Source: Candidatus Latescibacterota bacterium (lineage in GTDB: Bacteria; Latescibacterota; UBA2968; GCA-2709665). From it: a DNA stretch of 64,000 bases. Under the pieces are notes generated by a model. It was not told where the DNA came from and made no database searches. It was given only the letters and a program-made list of their open reading frames with translations. A program made the translations under genes and the position numbers. Location: the NCBI GenBank assembly GCA_965208835.1, contig OZ242358.1:3968001-4032000 (forward strand), given 5' to 3'. Shown one piece after another: positions 42,332 through 53,149 of the stretch (position 1 is the first letter of the stretch; each line of letters opens with the position of its first letter).

Positions 42332-42439
42332 ATGAATCCACAATTCTCTCCCCTTCGGGCCGGTATCGGAGCGCGCCTCGCGCTTGCCGGCGTCGCCGCC
42401 GGTCTGTTGTGGTTCGCGGTCGCATGGGCCCTGCTATGA
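42332..42439 (+). CDS. Small membrane protein (35 aa) preceding the ABC ATPase
   Basis: MNPQFSPLRAGIGARLALAGVAAGLLWFAVAWALL; stop overlaps the next ATG (ATGA). Confidence 0.5.
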   Translation: MNPQFSPLRAGIGARLALAGVAAGLLWFAVAWALL

Positions 42440-43185
42440 GTGCGCCAACGGACGGTACGATCCTGCATTTTGATAACCTGACCCTCGGATACGACCGCCA
42501 CCCCGCAGTCCATCATCTCGATTACGCCATCCGCGCTGGCGCCCTGGTCGCCGTGGTGGGACCGAACGGCGCCGGAAAGTCGACTCTACTTAAAGGGACC
42601 GCGGGCAGCCTCGCGCCCCTTGAAGGCGAAATCAGGTTGACGGGGATCAAAGCCTCGGACATCGCGTACCTCCCTCAACAGTCCGATATCGATCGGAGCT
42701 TTCCGATCTCGGTCTTCGACATGGTGGCCATGGGATTGTGGCGAAAGACGGGGGCTTTCCGTCGATTCGGACGTGAGGGCAACCGGAAGGTCGGCGAAGT
42801 CCTGGATATCGTGGGTCTGGGTGGTTTCGAGAAACGCTCCATCGGCACCCTCTCCGGCGGGCAGATGCAACGTTCCCTGTTCGCCCGCCTGCTCCTCCAG
42901 GACGCGCGGCTGATTCTTCTCGACGAGCCGTTCACGGCGATCGATTCGGCGACAGTACGTGACCTAAAGGGACTCATTCGTCGCTGGCACGGGGAGGCGC
43001 GGACGGTCGTCGCCGTCTTGCACGACCTGGATCAGGTTCGGACGGATTTCCCCGAGACCCTGCTGCTGGCCCGCGAGCGGATCGCCGCCGGTCCAACGGA
43101 GGACGTCCTTTCTCAGGGGAATCTCGATCGAGCGCGCCGGCTTACAGAGGCCTTTAACGAAGAGGCGGCCGTATGTGGGAGATAA
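42436..43185 (+). CDS. Zinc ABC transporter ATP-binding protein (AztA/ZnuC-like)
   Basis: GPNGAGKST, YLPQ, LSGGQMQR, LLDEPF, VLHD. Confidence 0.9.
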   Translation: MSAPTDGTILHFDNLTLGYDRHPAVHHLDYAIRAGALVAVVGPNGAGKSTLLKGTAGSLAPLEGEIRLTGIKASDIAYLPQQSDIDRSFPISVFDMVAMGLWRKTGAFRRFGREGNRKVGEVLDIVGLGGFEKRSIGTLSGGQMQRSLFARLLLQDARLILLDEPFTAIDSATVRDLKGLIRRWHGEARTVVAVLHDLDQVRTDFPETLLLARERIAAGPTEDVLSQGNLDRARRLTEAFNEEAAVCGR

Positions 43186-43291
43186 ACGCCAGGGCCACCT
43201 ACTGTCCTGTCCCAAAAACACCTCACCATTCGGCCGAATTCAGGCAACTTATTTCCGGGACTGAACACTACCCTCCTGTAAGGGGCGCGTG

Positions 43292-44158
43292 ATGTACGAT
43301 GCCGTCATCGCCCCGTTCGTTGAATTCGGCTTCATGCGTCGGGCCCTGGTCGGGTGCCTCGCCCTTTCGCTGGGAGCGACGCCCATCGGGGTGTTTCTGA
43401 CCTTGCGGCGGATGAGTCTTGCCGGGGATGCCATGGCCCATGCAATCCTTCCCGGTGCGGCGCTCGGGTACCTCGTTGCAGGGCTGTCGCTCGGCGCCAT
43501 GACACTCGGCGGGGTCATTGCGGGAGTGGCTGTGGCTTTGCTCTCCGGAATGGCGGCCCGAACCACCGTGGCCCGTGAGGATTCCAGCCTGGCCGCCTTC
43601 TATCTGATTTCCCTCGCCGTCGGGGTCGTGATCGTCTCGACGCGCGGAAGCAATGTCGACCTGTTGCACATCCTGTTCGGCACGGTACTCGCCTTGAACG
43701 ATGCGGCCATATTCCTGGTCTCGGGAATCGCCACGGTCACCCTTTTCGGGCTTGCCATCATCTACAGACCATTGGTGATGGAGTGTTTCGACCCGGGCTT
43801 TCTCCGCTCGGTCAGTCCCTTGAGTCCGGTTGCCCACTACAGCTTTCTCGTCCTGACTGTCCTCAATCTGGTGGGCGGGTTTCATGCACTGGGGACCCTG
43901 ATGGCAGTGGGCATCATGATACTTCCCGCCGCTGCCGCCCGGTTCTGGACGCGCGACGTCACGCCCCTGGTGGTCATCAGTGTGATTGCGGCCTTCCTGG
44001 GCGGGTTCGTGGGCTTATTGTTGTCCTATTACGCCAGTCTGCCTTCCGGCCCCGCCATCATCCTGACGGCGGGCGCGTTCTATCTGTTTTCGCTGTCTTT
44101 CGGACCTGACGGCGTAATCATGACGCGCCTCAGGCCACGCCGTCATCTGGAAGCATGA
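43292..44158 (+). CDS. Zinc ABC transporter permease (AztB/ZnuB-like)
   Basis: FMRRAL, RRMSLAGDAMAHAILPG, DLLHILFG, LPSGPAI. Confidence 0.9.
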   Translation: MYDAVIAPFVEFGFMRRALVGCLALSLGATPIGVFLTLRRMSLAGDAMAHAILPGAALGYLVAGLSLGAMTLGGVIAGVAVALLSGMAARTTVAREDSSLAAFYLISLAVGVVIVSTRGSNVDLLHILFGTVLALNDAAIFLVSGIATVTLFGLAIIYRPLVMECFDPGFLRSVSPLSPVAHYSFLVLTVLNLVGGFHALGTLMAVGIMILPAAAARFWTRDVTPLVVISVIAAFLGGFVGLLLSYYASLPSGPAIILTAGAFYLFSLSFGPDGVIMTRLRPRRHLEA

Positions 44159-44185
44159 TTTTAATACCGAGCTACGAGTAAGCTT

Positions 44186-45199
44186 ATGACATCGAAGCGA
44201 TCTATCCTGTTTTCCGTCTTCGCCGCTTGTTTGATCGCCGTGTCAGGTTCGGGGACCGTCGGCGCCGATGCCCCCATTGACGTTGTCGCATCGTTCAGCA
44301 TCCTGGGTGATATGGTCCGGCAGGTAGGCGGTGAACGGGTGCGCGTCACTACCCTCGTCGGCCCCGACAGTGACGCGCACGTCTATCGGCCGACTCCGGC
44401 CGACGCGCGGGCCATCGCCGGGGCCAGGCTGTTGGTCGTCAATGGATTGGGCTTTGAGGGCTGGATAGACCGTCTCACGGAGGCATCCGACTACAGGGGG
44501 CCAGTGGTGACGGCGACAGCAGGCGTCGAACCCCGCAGGGTGGCGGATCCCGATCGCGGCGAAATCGATCCCCATGCCTGGCAGAGTCTGGCCAATGCCC
44601 GGATCTACGTCCGCAATATCGCCGACGGATTGGCTGCGATCGACCTGGCGGGGGCCGAAATCTATCGCGGCAACGTGGCGCGTTACATGAAGGAGATCGA
44701 CGAGGTCGAGGCACAGGTTCGCGAGGCGATCGGTTCGCTGCCGGTCGATCGGCGCAAGGTGGTCACATCCCATGACGCTTTCGGCTATCTGTCTGCAGCC
44801 TACGGCATCGAGTTCCATGCACCGGTCGGGTTCAGCACCGAAGCGGAGGCCTCCGCGGGTGACGTGGCCAGGCTGATTCGTCAGATCAACAGCGAGAAGA
44901 TTCCGGCGGTCTTCGTCGAGAACATCTCCGACCGCCGCCTGCTCGACCAGATCGTCCGGGAAACCGGAGCGAAGATCGGCGGCACGCTCTACTCAGACGC
45001 TCTGTCGAAGGCGGACGGGCCGGCCGGCACGCACCTTGACATGATGCTGCACAACATCCTGACGTTGTTCGCCGCCCTGTGCGACTCATCGGGTTCAGAG
45101 ACCAGGGGTGTACGTCTTGTCCGTGGAGCTGACGCAAGCCCTCGAACGCCGTGCGCAACCAGCTGCCACGAGAGTTGCGCGGCGAGGAGAAGCCCATGA
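44186..45199 (+). CDS. Zinc ABC transporter substrate-binding protein (AztC/ZnuA-like)
   Basis: VVASFSILGD, DAHVY.PTP, NGLGFEGW, DPHAWQ, SHDAFGY, LYSDALS. Confidence 0.9.
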   Translation: MTSKRSILFSVFAACLIAVSGSGTVGADAPIDVVASFSILGDMVRQVGGERVRVTTLVGPDSDAHVYRPTPADARAIAGARLLVVNGLGFEGWIDRLTEASDYRGPVVTATAGVEPRRVADPDRGEIDPHAWQSLANARIYVRNIADGLAAIDLAGAEIYRGNVARYMKEIDEVEAQVREAIGSLPVDRRKVVTSHDAFGYLSAAYGIEFHAPVGFSTEAEASAGDVARLIRQINSEKIPAVFVENISDRRLLDQIVRETGAKIGGTLYSDALSKADGPAGTHLDMMLHNILTLFAALCDSSGSETRGVRLVRGADASPRTPCATSCHESCAARRSP

Positions 45200-45657
45200 A
45201 TAGCAAAGCGCTTTCCCGGATCCTGGAACGAGCCGAGGCGTTGTGCCATGAGCGCGGCGCGCGGCTGACCGAACAACGCAAGGCCGTGCTTCAACTGCTG
45301 TGCGTATCGGACAAACCACTCAGTGCTTACGAGCTGTTGGAACGCATGCGCGGCGTTGTCAGAAATCCCGCGCCGCCCACGGTCTACAGGGCATTGGATT
45401 TCCTGCTTGGGCAGGGCCTGGCGCACAGGCTCGAGAGCCTGAACGCATACGTGGGCTGCGCACATCCGGATCATCCGCACGCCAGCCAGTTCCTGATCTG
45501 TGATGACTGTGGCGACGTGGCCGAGGTTGAAGACCCCATTGTGGTCAGGAGCCTGAAAGCGGCAGGCAAGGAGATAGGATTTCGTACCAGGCGGCCGGTC
45601 GTCGAACTGCTGGGAACCTGTGCGCAGTGCATTTCGGATAGAGACGGTCTTGCTTGA
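45196..45657 (+). CDS. zur: Fur-family zinc uptake regulator
   Basis: RLTEQR, SAYELL, PPTVYRALDFL, HRLESLNAYVGC, FLICDDCG, GTCAQC. Confidence 0.88.
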   Translation: MNSKALSRILERAEALCHERGARLTEQRKAVLQLLCVSDKPLSAYELLERMRGVVRNPAPPTVYRALDFLLGQGLAHRLESLNAYVGCAHPDHPHASQFLICDDCGDVAEVEDPIVVRSLKAAGKEIGFRTRRPVVELLGTCAQCISDRDGLA

Positions 45658-45805
45658 GACGAATCCTCATCAAACCCACGGACGCCGTTGACGCCGGGCT
45701 ACGTAAATAGCGAAGCGCTACAGCATCGATCGCGACCGGCGAGGCGCACTGCTGGAGCCGAGCCCGCCCGACTACATCATCACCCTTTTTGAGTGAGGGA
45801 ACTGA

Positions 45806-47026
45806 ATGCCCCTGTCAGAGAGACTTCCCGTTACTGTCCTTTCCGGCTTTCTCGGCGCAGGCAAGACCTCGCTTCTCAACAACGTGCTCCACAACCGCAA
45901 GGGCATGCGCGTCGCGGTCATCGTCAATGATATGAGCGAGGTCAACATCGACGCGACGCTCGTTGAGCGCGGCGGTGCGGAACTCTCGCGGACCGAGGAG
46001 ACGCTGGTCGAGATGTCGAACGGCTGCATCTGCTGCACGTTGCGAGACGACCTGCTTGCCGAAGTCTCACGGCTCGCACAGGAGAGACGCTTCGACTACC
46101 TGCTCATCGAGTCCACCGGGATTTCGGAGCCCATTCCGGTCGCGCAGACCTTCACCTTCGAGGACGAAAAAGGTGTGAGCCTGAGCCAGGTTTCGCGCCT
46201 CGATACCATGGTCACGGTCGTGGACGCGGCGAGCTTTCTGCGGGATTACAACGCCGCCGAAGCGCTCCAGGACCGCGGTGAGTCGCTGGGCGAAGAAGAT
46301 CAACGGACGGTGACCGACCTGCTTATCGACCAGATCGAGTTCGCCGACGTCATCGTGCTGAACAAGCTCGATCTCGTAGGCAACAATCAGGCTCTCGAGG
46401 TCGAGGCCATCGTGAAAGCGCTCAACCCCGGCGCGAAGATCCTCAAGGCGACGCGCGGACGGGTCCCGCTCGAATGCGTGCTCGACACGGGCCTGTTCGA
46501 CTACGATAAGGCGGAAAGCTCCGCCGGCTGGATTCGAGAGCTTCGGGGTGAGCACACGCCGGAGACCGAGGAGTACGGGATCTCGAGTTTCACCTATCGG
46601 ACGCCACAGCCCTTCGACGCCGAGAAGCTCTGGGCGTTCCTGCACGACGCCGAGAACTGGACCGGCGTGCTCCGTTCGAAGGGTTTCTTCTGGGTCGCCG
46701 CCGACCATCGGGTCGCCTACGAGTGGGCTCAAGCCGGCGGGGTCAGCGACGTGAACCCCTCGGGGATGTGGTGGGCAGCCGTGCCCTGCGAACACTGGGA
46801 ACACCCCGAAGATCAGCGACCCGACAAGCAGCCGGGCTGGCATTCCCGCTTCGGCGATCGCGCGCAGGAGCTCGTTTTCATCGGCCAGGAGATGAACGAG
46901 GCGGCGATACGCGCTCGCCTCGACGCGTGCCTGCTCGACGAACGCCTCGCCTCCGCCGACAGCAATGCCTGGGCAGAGCTCCGGAACCCGTTTCCGGAGC
47001 TTATCCTGGAAGAGGCTTCAGCCTGA
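45806..47026 (+). CDS. COG0523 zinc metallochaperone GTPase (ZigA/YciC-like)
   Basis: [52 protein letters not shown]. Confidence 0.92.
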   Translation: MPLSERLPVTVLSGFLGAGKTSLLNNVLHNRKGMRVAVIVNDMSEVNIDATLVERGGAELSRTEETLVEMSNGCICCTLRDDLLAEVSRLAQERRFDYLLIESTGISEPIPVAQTFTFEDEKGVSLSQVSRLDTMVTVVDAASFLRDYNAAEALQDRGESLGEEDQRTVTDLLIDQIEFADVIVLNKLDLVGNNQALEVEAIVKALNPGAKILKATRGRVPLECVLDTGLFDYDKAESSAGWIRELRGEHTPETEEYGISSFTYRTPQPFDAEKLWAFLHDAENWTGVLRSKGFFWVAADHRVAYEWAQAGGVSDVNPSGMWWAAVPCEHWEHPEDQRPDKQPGWHSRFGDRAQELVFIGQEMNEAAIRARLDACLLDERLASADSNAWAELRNPFPELILEEASA

Positions 47027-47195
47027 CCGAGTATGCCTCACCCGTTTTTGCGAAAGGGTCACTCTACATCGATACCGGAGACGGGTTCATGCCGCGGGAT
47101 TGATTTCCGAATCTCCTCCGAGCAAGCATACCGGGGCGTGTGCCGCTATCCGGTCCCATCTTCGGTCTCGCCGTGTCACAGGGAGAAGAGGGTAT

Positions 47196-47498
47196 ATGTT
47201 GATCAACACCTCACGCCCGAACCGCGCACGGGTTCGCCGTATCAAAAACGCATTGCGCGAAGCGTTGAGCCTACCTGATGACACGGCGATTTCGGTCACC
47301 GAACTGGCGTGCCTCGAAGAAGGCTGCCCGCCTGTTGAGACCATGTTTGCTCTGCTTCAGCGCGATGCCCCACCGAATCAACACAAGCTTCACAAAGCCA
47401 CGGACGCCGTTGACGCCGAAGACCTGTTGCAGGTCTGCACGTCGTGGGGATTCGACGTCCAACTTCCATTGCTCAAACGTCTGCTCCAGGGGGACTAG
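47196..47498 (+). CDS. Small hypothetical protein with CxxxxCPPxET motif
   Basis: ELACLEEGCPPVET; RBS present; abuts the second COG0523 gene. Confidence 0.65.
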   Translation: MLINTSRPNRARVRRIKNALREALSLPDDTAISVTELACLEEGCPPVETMFALLQRDAPPNQHKLHKATDAVDAEDLLQVCTSWGFDVQLPLLKRLLQGD

Positions 47499-48938
47499 AT
47501 GAACAAGCCGAATTTGAAAATTCCACCTCGAAAAGTACCCGTTACGATCCTTACCGGCTTCCTCGGCTCCGGCAAGACAACCCTGCTCAACCGGATTTTG
47601 AGCGAGGAGCACGGCAAGCGCATTGCCGTAATCGAGAACGAGTACGGGGAGGTCGGCATCGATCAGGGGCTCGTCATCAACGCTGACGAGGAGATCTTCG
47701 AGATGTCGAACGGTTGCATCTGCTGCACGGTGCGCGGAGACCTGATTCGCGTACTCGGCAATCTCATGAAGCGCCGTGACAAGTTCGACTATGTGTTGGT
47801 GGAAACCACAGGGCTCGCAGACCCCGGTCCGGTCGCTCAGACCTTCTTCATGGACGAGGAGATTCACGGGGAGTTTTCGCTCGACGGGATCGTCACGCTC
47901 GTCGATGCGGCCCACGTCGAGCAGCAAATCGGCCGGAGCGACGAAAGCACGGAGCAAATCGCGTTCGCAGACGTCCTGGTTCTCAACAAGACGGACCTCG
48001 TGAACGGCGAGGCGCTCGACAGGCTCGAAGCCCGGCTGCGGGACATGAATCAAATGGCGCGAGTCGTGCGCAGCGAGCGGGCGAACGTGTCCCTCGATAC
48101 TGTACTCAACCTCGGCGCCTTCGACCTGGACCAGGCGCTCGAGCGTCGTCCCACCTTTCTCGAGCCGGAGTATCCGTTCGAATGGACTGGCGTCTATTCG
48201 CTCGATATCGGGCGCTACGAACTCAGCCTCGCCGATGGACCCGATCCGGCGATGTCCCTCGTCGTCGCGCCCGACCAGGGCACGAATGACGCCGCCCTCC
48301 GCGAGGGTGCGGAGTGGTGTGTACGGCGATTCGGCGAACCCGCGGAGCTCATTTGCCCGGGGGACGAGATTCCAGTCGGAAGGCACGTGAACCTCCGGCT
48401 CGACTCTCCAGGGCATAAGTCGTTCTTCTTGACAGTCAATACGCGGGCGAGGGTAGGCCTCTACGCTCAACACATCGCGGAGGAGTTCGATCTCAAACTG
48501 AAAAACGCGGATGGGGCGACAGTCAGCCTGGAGGACAGTCCACGCTCCGGGATCACCTCCAAAGAGAACGGCGCCCCGCGTGTTAAAGGAGCGGTGGTTC
48601 CAGTTGAGGTCGAGCGGACATGGGTCGCACAGCACGAGCACGACGACGAGGTCGGCTCGTTCGCGATCGAGAGGAGCGGCGACGTCGATCCTGAAAGTCT
48701 CAACGCCTGGCTAGGCAAACTGCTCCGTGAGCGCGGGGTGGACATCTTCCGAATGAAGGGCTTCATCAGCGTGGCAGGTGAGTCGCATCGCTTCGTCTTC
48801 CAGGGGGTTCACATGCTCTTTGACGGCCAGCGGGATCGCGAATGGGGGGACGCGCCCCGCCGCAATCAGCTCGTGTTCATCGGCCGCAACCTCGATGAGC
48901 AGAGCATTCGGAAGGAATTCGAAGCATGTCTAGTTTAA
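47499..48938 (+). CDS. Second COG0523/CobW-family GTPase with an inserted domain
   Basis: LTGFLGSGKTT, ENEYGE, NGCICCTVRGDL, ETTGLADP, FRMKG, FQGVH, LVFIGRNL. Confidence 0.92.
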   Translation: MNKPNLKIPPRKVPVTILTGFLGSGKTTLLNRILSEEHGKRIAVIENEYGEVGIDQGLVINADEEIFEMSNGCICCTVRGDLIRVLGNLMKRRDKFDYVLVETTGLADPGPVAQTFFMDEEIHGEFSLDGIVTLVDAAHVEQQIGRSDESTEQIAFADVLVLNKTDLVNGEALDRLEARLRDMNQMARVVRSERANVSLDTVLNLGAFDLDQALERRPTFLEPEYPFEWTGVYSLDIGRYELSLADGPDPAMSLVVAPDQGTNDAALREGAEWCVRRFGEPAELICPGDEIPVGRHVNLRLDSPGHKSFFLTVNTRARVGLYAQHIAEEFDLKLKNADGATVSLEDSPRSGITSKENGAPRVKGAVVPVEVERTWVAQHEHDDEVGSFAIERSGDVDPESLNAWLGKLLRERGVDIFRMKGFISVAGESHRFVFQGVHMLFDGQRDREWGDAPRRNQLVFIGRNLDEQSIRKEFEACLV

Positions 48939-48960
48939 ATGGACGGCAGGAGGCGTCTGC

Positions 48961-50091
48961 ATGATCGGTACCGAGAGCAGCGAAGTCGTCTATGATGTCG
49001 TGGTCGTCGGCGCCGGTGCCGCAGGCGTGGGCGCCGCGGTGGCTCTCAGGCATGCCGGCATCGAGAACTTCATCGTATCCGAGCGTCACTCCGTTGGCGC
49101 ATCGTTCGACTCATGGCCGGCCGAGACTCGCTTCATCACGCCCTCGTACCCAACCAATTCGATCGGCATGCTCGACTTGAACTCGATCGCGATCGGGACT
49201 TCACCCGCGTTCAGTCTGGGGATCGAGCATCCAACGGGTGAAGACTACGCGGCCTATCTGCGTGCAGTTGCACACTTTTTTGAGGTACCTGTCCGCGAGA
49301 ATACGGACGTGCTGCAGGTAGCAAAGGTTGGCGACGGCTTTCGCATCGATACGGCCGACGAGACCCTGCAAGCCAGGCACGTGATTTGGGCGGCCGGCGA
49401 ATTCCAATACCCACGCGTAAGTGGGTTTGATGGTAGCCAGTTGTGTTGCCACACCGCGACCATCGCCAGCTATGAAGAGCTGGACGGTGACGACTTCATC
49501 GTTGTGGGCGGCTACGAAAGTGGTGTCGACGTGGCCTACCACCTGGCGTGTCGCGACAAACGGGTGCGGTTGTTCGACAAGGATTGCCCGTGGGAGGACG
49601 AGAGTTCCGATCCCAGCGTCGCGCTTTCCCCGTTTACGCTCGAACGGATGCGTGAAGACTGCTTTGTTGAGCAGGTGGAACTGTTTCCGCACACACCTGT
49701 CGAGTCGGTCACTCGCGTGGACGCCATGTTTGAAGTTAAGGCTCGGGACGGGCAACGGTTTCAAACCGGCGTGCCGCCTCTGTTGGCAGGCGGATTTGAG
49801 GGGAGTCACAAGTTGGTCGCCGATTTGTTTGAGCGACGCGACGATGGCTCCCTGCTGCTGAGCGAACACGATGAATCGACCATCGTACCGGGAGTATTTC
49901 TCTGCGGCCCCGCAGTTCGCCATGACAATTTCGTCTTCTGCTTCATCTTCAAGTATCGACAACGATTCGCCGTTGTCGCCAAAGCAATTGCAACCTCGCT
50001 AGGGCTGCCGGCCGAAGCGTTGGAAGAGTACCGCAACTGGGGCATGTATCTCGATGACCTCTCCTGCTGTGGGGAGGAGTGCGTATGTTGA
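48961..50091 (+). CDS. FAD/NAD(P)-dependent oxidoreductase with Cys-rich C-terminus
   Basis: VVGAGAAG, WAAGEFQYP, GGYESG, FCFIFKYRQRF, DLSCCGEECVC. Confidence 0.8.
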   Translation: MIGTESSEVVYDVVVVGAGAAGVGAAVALRHAGIENFIVSERHSVGASFDSWPAETRFITPSYPTNSIGMLDLNSIAIGTSPAFSLGIEHPTGEDYAAYLRAVAHFFEVPVRENTDVLQVAKVGDGFRIDTADETLQARHVIWAAGEFQYPRVSGFDGSQLCCHTATIASYEELDGDDFIVVGGYESGVDVAYHLACRDKRVRLFDKDCPWEDESSDPSVALSPFTLERMREDCFVEQVELFPHTPVESVTRVDAMFEVKARDGQRFQTGVPPLLAGGFEGSHKLVADLFERRDDGSLLLSEHDESTIVPGVFLCGPAVRHDNFVFCFIFKYRQRFAVVAKAIATSLGLPAEALEEYRNWGMYLDDLSCCGEECVC

Positions 50092-50312
50092 CGGGAAACG
50101 ACGAAGGGACCGTCGCACCCGGCGTAGGGCGACGCCGGCGAAACAGGGTGCGGAGCATCGCATGGCTCGGACAAACGGCTGCCAGCGTTTGCTGGATTGG
50201 CAGCATGCTGACTTACGGAATCAGATCCAGTGGGGATTGGTTGCAGTTGTTTGCCGCATCCGCATGGCTGTTGGCCAACATCGCAGTGATTGCGAATTCG
50301 GAGGCTGATTGA
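50085..50312 (+). CDS. Small membrane protein
   Basis: Two hydrophobic helices (GQTAASVCWI, GDWLQLFAASAW); GGAGG RBS. Confidence 0.55.
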   Translation: MLTGNDEGTVAPGVGRRRRNRVRSIAWLGQTAASVCWIGSMLTYGIRSSGDWLQLFAASAWLLANIAVIANSEAD

Positions 50313-50313
50313 G

Positions 50314-51366
50314 ATGTCGGCAGCACTTCACGGAGTCGGCAGCCCGAGGGGCGCGCTTCGCCGGGGCTGGTCTGCGGAGGTTGACGATTACGCCATCGCC
50401 GGGGGCTGGAGCCTGCGCGGCGAGGCGCTGATGGTCGGCGACGCCGCGGGCGGCGTTTACGCATTCGACGGCAGGTCTGGGGCGACCGCCTGGGAGCGGC
50501 GCGGTGTTCATGAAGGCGGTTTACTCGCAATGGCGATCCACCCGGGCGAAACCGCGTTCGCTACGGCCGGCCAGGACAGCCGGGTCTTGATCTGGAGCGC
50601 CGCTGAGGGTCGGGTAAGCCGGACCATCGACGTTGGCGGCGGTTGGGCAGAAAACGTGGCGTGGTCGCCGGACGGCCGATGGCTGGCGGCCTCCTGCTCC
50701 CGGCAGGTTCACGTGTATGGTTTGGATGGCGCGGAGATTTGGCGATCTGATGATCATCCCAGCACCGTCAGCGCGCTCGCCTGGTCGAGCGCAGGCGAGC
50801 TGGCGACGGCCTGTTACGGTCGCGTGACGTTCTTCGACGCGCCCACCGGCCAGATTCGCCAGAAGCTGGAGTGGCAGGGATCCCTGGTGTCGATGGTACT
50901 GAGCCCGGACGGCGACATCGTGGTCTGCGGCAGCCAGGACAATTCGGTACACTTCTGGCGTCGTGCCACGGAGGAGGACTCCATGATGTCAGGATATCCC
51001 GCCAAGCCGTCGGCCCTGGCTTTCGATGACACCGGCACACTCCTGGCCACCGGCGGAGCGGAGGCGGTGACCGTCTGGAACTTCTCGGGAAGTGGCCCCG
51101 AAAACACGCGGCCCGGCGTCCTGGAGTTTCATATTCAACCCGTCACGACACTTTCCTTCGCTCGCCGCACGATGCGCCTGGTATCGGGGGGCCGCGATGG
51201 CGCCGTGGTTGTGTGGTCGATTCAGAGAGATGGGAAAGGCGATCCGATCGGGACCGCGTCCGTGGAGGATACAGTGGCCGAATTGTACTGGCGGCCGGAC
51301 GGTCGCGCCCTCGCCGCGCTCGACGCGCGGGGTGGCGTGACGGCCTGGCGAGTGAGCGACGCGTAA
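50314..51366 (+). CDS. WD40-repeat protein
   Basis: ATAGQD..V.IW, VAWSPDG, GSQDNSVHFW, VSGGRDG.V.VW. Confidence 0.85.
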   Translation: MSAALHGVGSPRGALRRGWSAEVDDYAIAGGWSLRGEALMVGDAAGGVYAFDGRSGATAWERRGVHEGGLLAMAIHPGETAFATAGQDSRVLIWSAAEGRVSRTIDVGGGWAENVAWSPDGRWLAASCSRQVHVYGLDGAEIWRSDDHPSTVSALAWSSAGELATACYGRVTFFDAPTGQIRQKLEWQGSLVSMVLSPDGDIVVCGSQDNSVHFWRRATEEDSMMSGYPAKPSALAFDDTGTLLATGGAEAVTVWNFSGSGPENTRPGVLEFHIQPVTTLSFARRTMRLVSGGRDGAVVVWSIQRDGKGDPIGTASVEDTVAELYWRPDGRALAALDARGGVTAWRVSDA

Positions 51367-51845
51367 TGAATGCACAGACTGAACGCATCCGAGAAACGCT
51401 CGCCAGGGACGGAACATTGGCTCCGGCCCGAGACTGCGTTCTTGGGCAGGTCGTGTTCTGCGAAGGCTGTTGCTGCGGACGGACGGAAAACGGCTTCCCA
51501 CCGGTGCCCCGCGACTGGCTCAAGTATCGGTGGAAGGTTGAAAAACTCAGCAAGTCGGTGCAACTGACGTTCTCCGGTTGCCTTGGCCCGTGCGATCTTG
51601 CCAATGTCGTCTGTGTCATCTCGCCCCTGGGAATGCAGTGGTTTGGGGGCCTCCAGGAGCAGTGGCAATACAACTTGCTCCTGGATTGGGCCATTGCCTC
51701 GCGTGACGCGGGTGCCCTGGTCGAATTTCCTGCAGAACTGAACCGCCACCGGTTTGAACGGTTCGCTGTTTCCGACTCCCGTGAGAATCCCGATTGCAGA
51801 CGGTCACACACCCAGGACCGCAGCTTTCAGGATGCATCCCCGTAA
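51366..51845 (+). CDS. Thioredoxin-like (2Fe-2S) ferredoxin-domain protein
   Basis: FCEGCCCG...SGCLGPCDLANV; TAATG overlap with the WD40 gene. Confidence 0.7.
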   Translation: MNAQTERIRETLARDGTLAPARDCVLGQVVFCEGCCCGRTENGFPPVPRDWLKYRWKVEKLSKSVQLTFSGCLGPCDLANVVCVISPLGMQWFGGLQEQWQYNLLLDWAIASRDAGALVEFPAELNRHRFERFAVSDSRENPDCRRSHTQDRSFQDASP

Positions 51846-51957
51846 ACGACTCACCCACCAGCCGGGGCAAGGCCGGCGCGAGACGTTTTCGCGACACTCT
51901 GCCGTACGGTGTATCGATACGCGGCACATTCCTTTAATCCGTCCCGGGAATGGACGG

Positions 51958-52386
51958 TTACACGCGTAACTTCCGCGATCCGAACCAGACGCCAGCCACC
52001 CCGATCAGCGGGTTGAGCCAAGTGAACCATGCCGGCTGGCGGGCGCCTGCGGTTGCCTCCATCATTGACACGTCGTCGGGACGAGGTCCGGCCGCCATCT
52101 CTGCCGGCATCAGGGCCGTCACCACCCCGAGTACGAGCACGACGGCCATCAGAATCGTGGCGGCCCTGGCATCGTGCGCCACCCTGGCACAGACGACTCC
52201 GCCTATGTACGCGCCTACGAGCCCGAGCACGACCGAGCCGAGTGCCCATCCTCCGGATACCTCCCACGAACCCGGCTGGAAGGCGCGCGAGGGCCCCAAC
52301 GACAGCCACAGAATCGAGAAGAGTGCGAAGAGTACGACGGCCATGGCAATGTAGCCGACGACGGCGGCGAGAATGTTCCTGAGCAT
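51958..52386 (-). CDS. Hypothetical four-TM membrane protein
   Basis: 142 aa hydrophobic ORF with AAGGAGG RBS. Confidence 0.65.
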   Translation of the reverse strand: MLRNILAAVVGYIAMAVVLFALFSILWLSLGPSRAFQPGSWEVSGGWALGSVVLGLVGAYIGGVVCARVAHDARAATILMAVVLVLGVVTALMPAEMAAGPRPDDVSMMEATAGARQPAWFTWLNPLIGVAGVWFGSRKLRV

Positions 52387-52625
52387 CTTGTTCCTCCTTG
52401 AAAACGAGTAGCGTTGTCCAGCGAAGTGTGGACCTGAAGCGGGCTCGGATTTACAACGAGGCGTAAGCCTGACGACTGTGGCCGCAACGACCCTGGAGGC
52501 ATATCTGAGAACGTCGCCCTAAACAGGATCAGGACCGTCGACGACGGGCACCTGATTTCGGAGCGGTCGATCCGGCATGCTGCCTGCTCTCATTATTCAG
52601 AGATACACTTGATTTGCCGGCGTCG

Positions 52626-53149
52626 TCAGCAGTCTGGCGTACCTGACCCGCGCCACGGCGTCAAACGTGGCCACCAGCGGCGCACGTTCAGGCAGTAGGT
52701 CTCGTTCGACCCCCGAATCTTTCTCGGAGTTTCGGCTCTTCATAAAGCAGCACGGTCAGGTGGAACGCGGCGAGCATCACCCCGGCGTACGCCGCAAGCC
52801 GGGCCCGGCCAAACAGTAGCGCCTGCCCTGAAATGATGATCAGCACGGAGATGTACATCGGGTTTCGCACGAACCGATAGAGGCCGGAAGCGACCAGCAT
52901 TTCGGTTTACGCCACCGGCGCCGGTGTGCCGCGCCCCTCGAGGACGAAACGGGCGAAGCAGTCCAGCAGGCAGGCCAGACCCGTCGCAACCGCCGCAACC
53001 CCCATTAATCGCTCGCCGGGCAACCCGAGCAGCAGTGGCTGTATCGTCCAGCCGACCAGTGCGAACGGGACGACACCGGCAACGACAGCCGGAGCGACCC
53101 AGAAGAAGACGAACGACCCGACGATCGCACGCGTACGTGTGCGCTTCAC
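52626..53149 (-). pseudogene. Isoprenylcysteine carboxylmethyltransferase/PEMT family gene, frameshifted
   Basis: GRGTPAP | LVASGLYRFVRNPMY...YEEPKLRERFG | YCLNVRRWWPR split over three segments with an in-frame stop. Confidence 0.75.

Noticed and set aside
45080-45199. Cys/His-containing C-terminal extension of the zinc-binding protein as a new domain
   Set aside because: It could simply be read-through after loss of the original stop; no independent support
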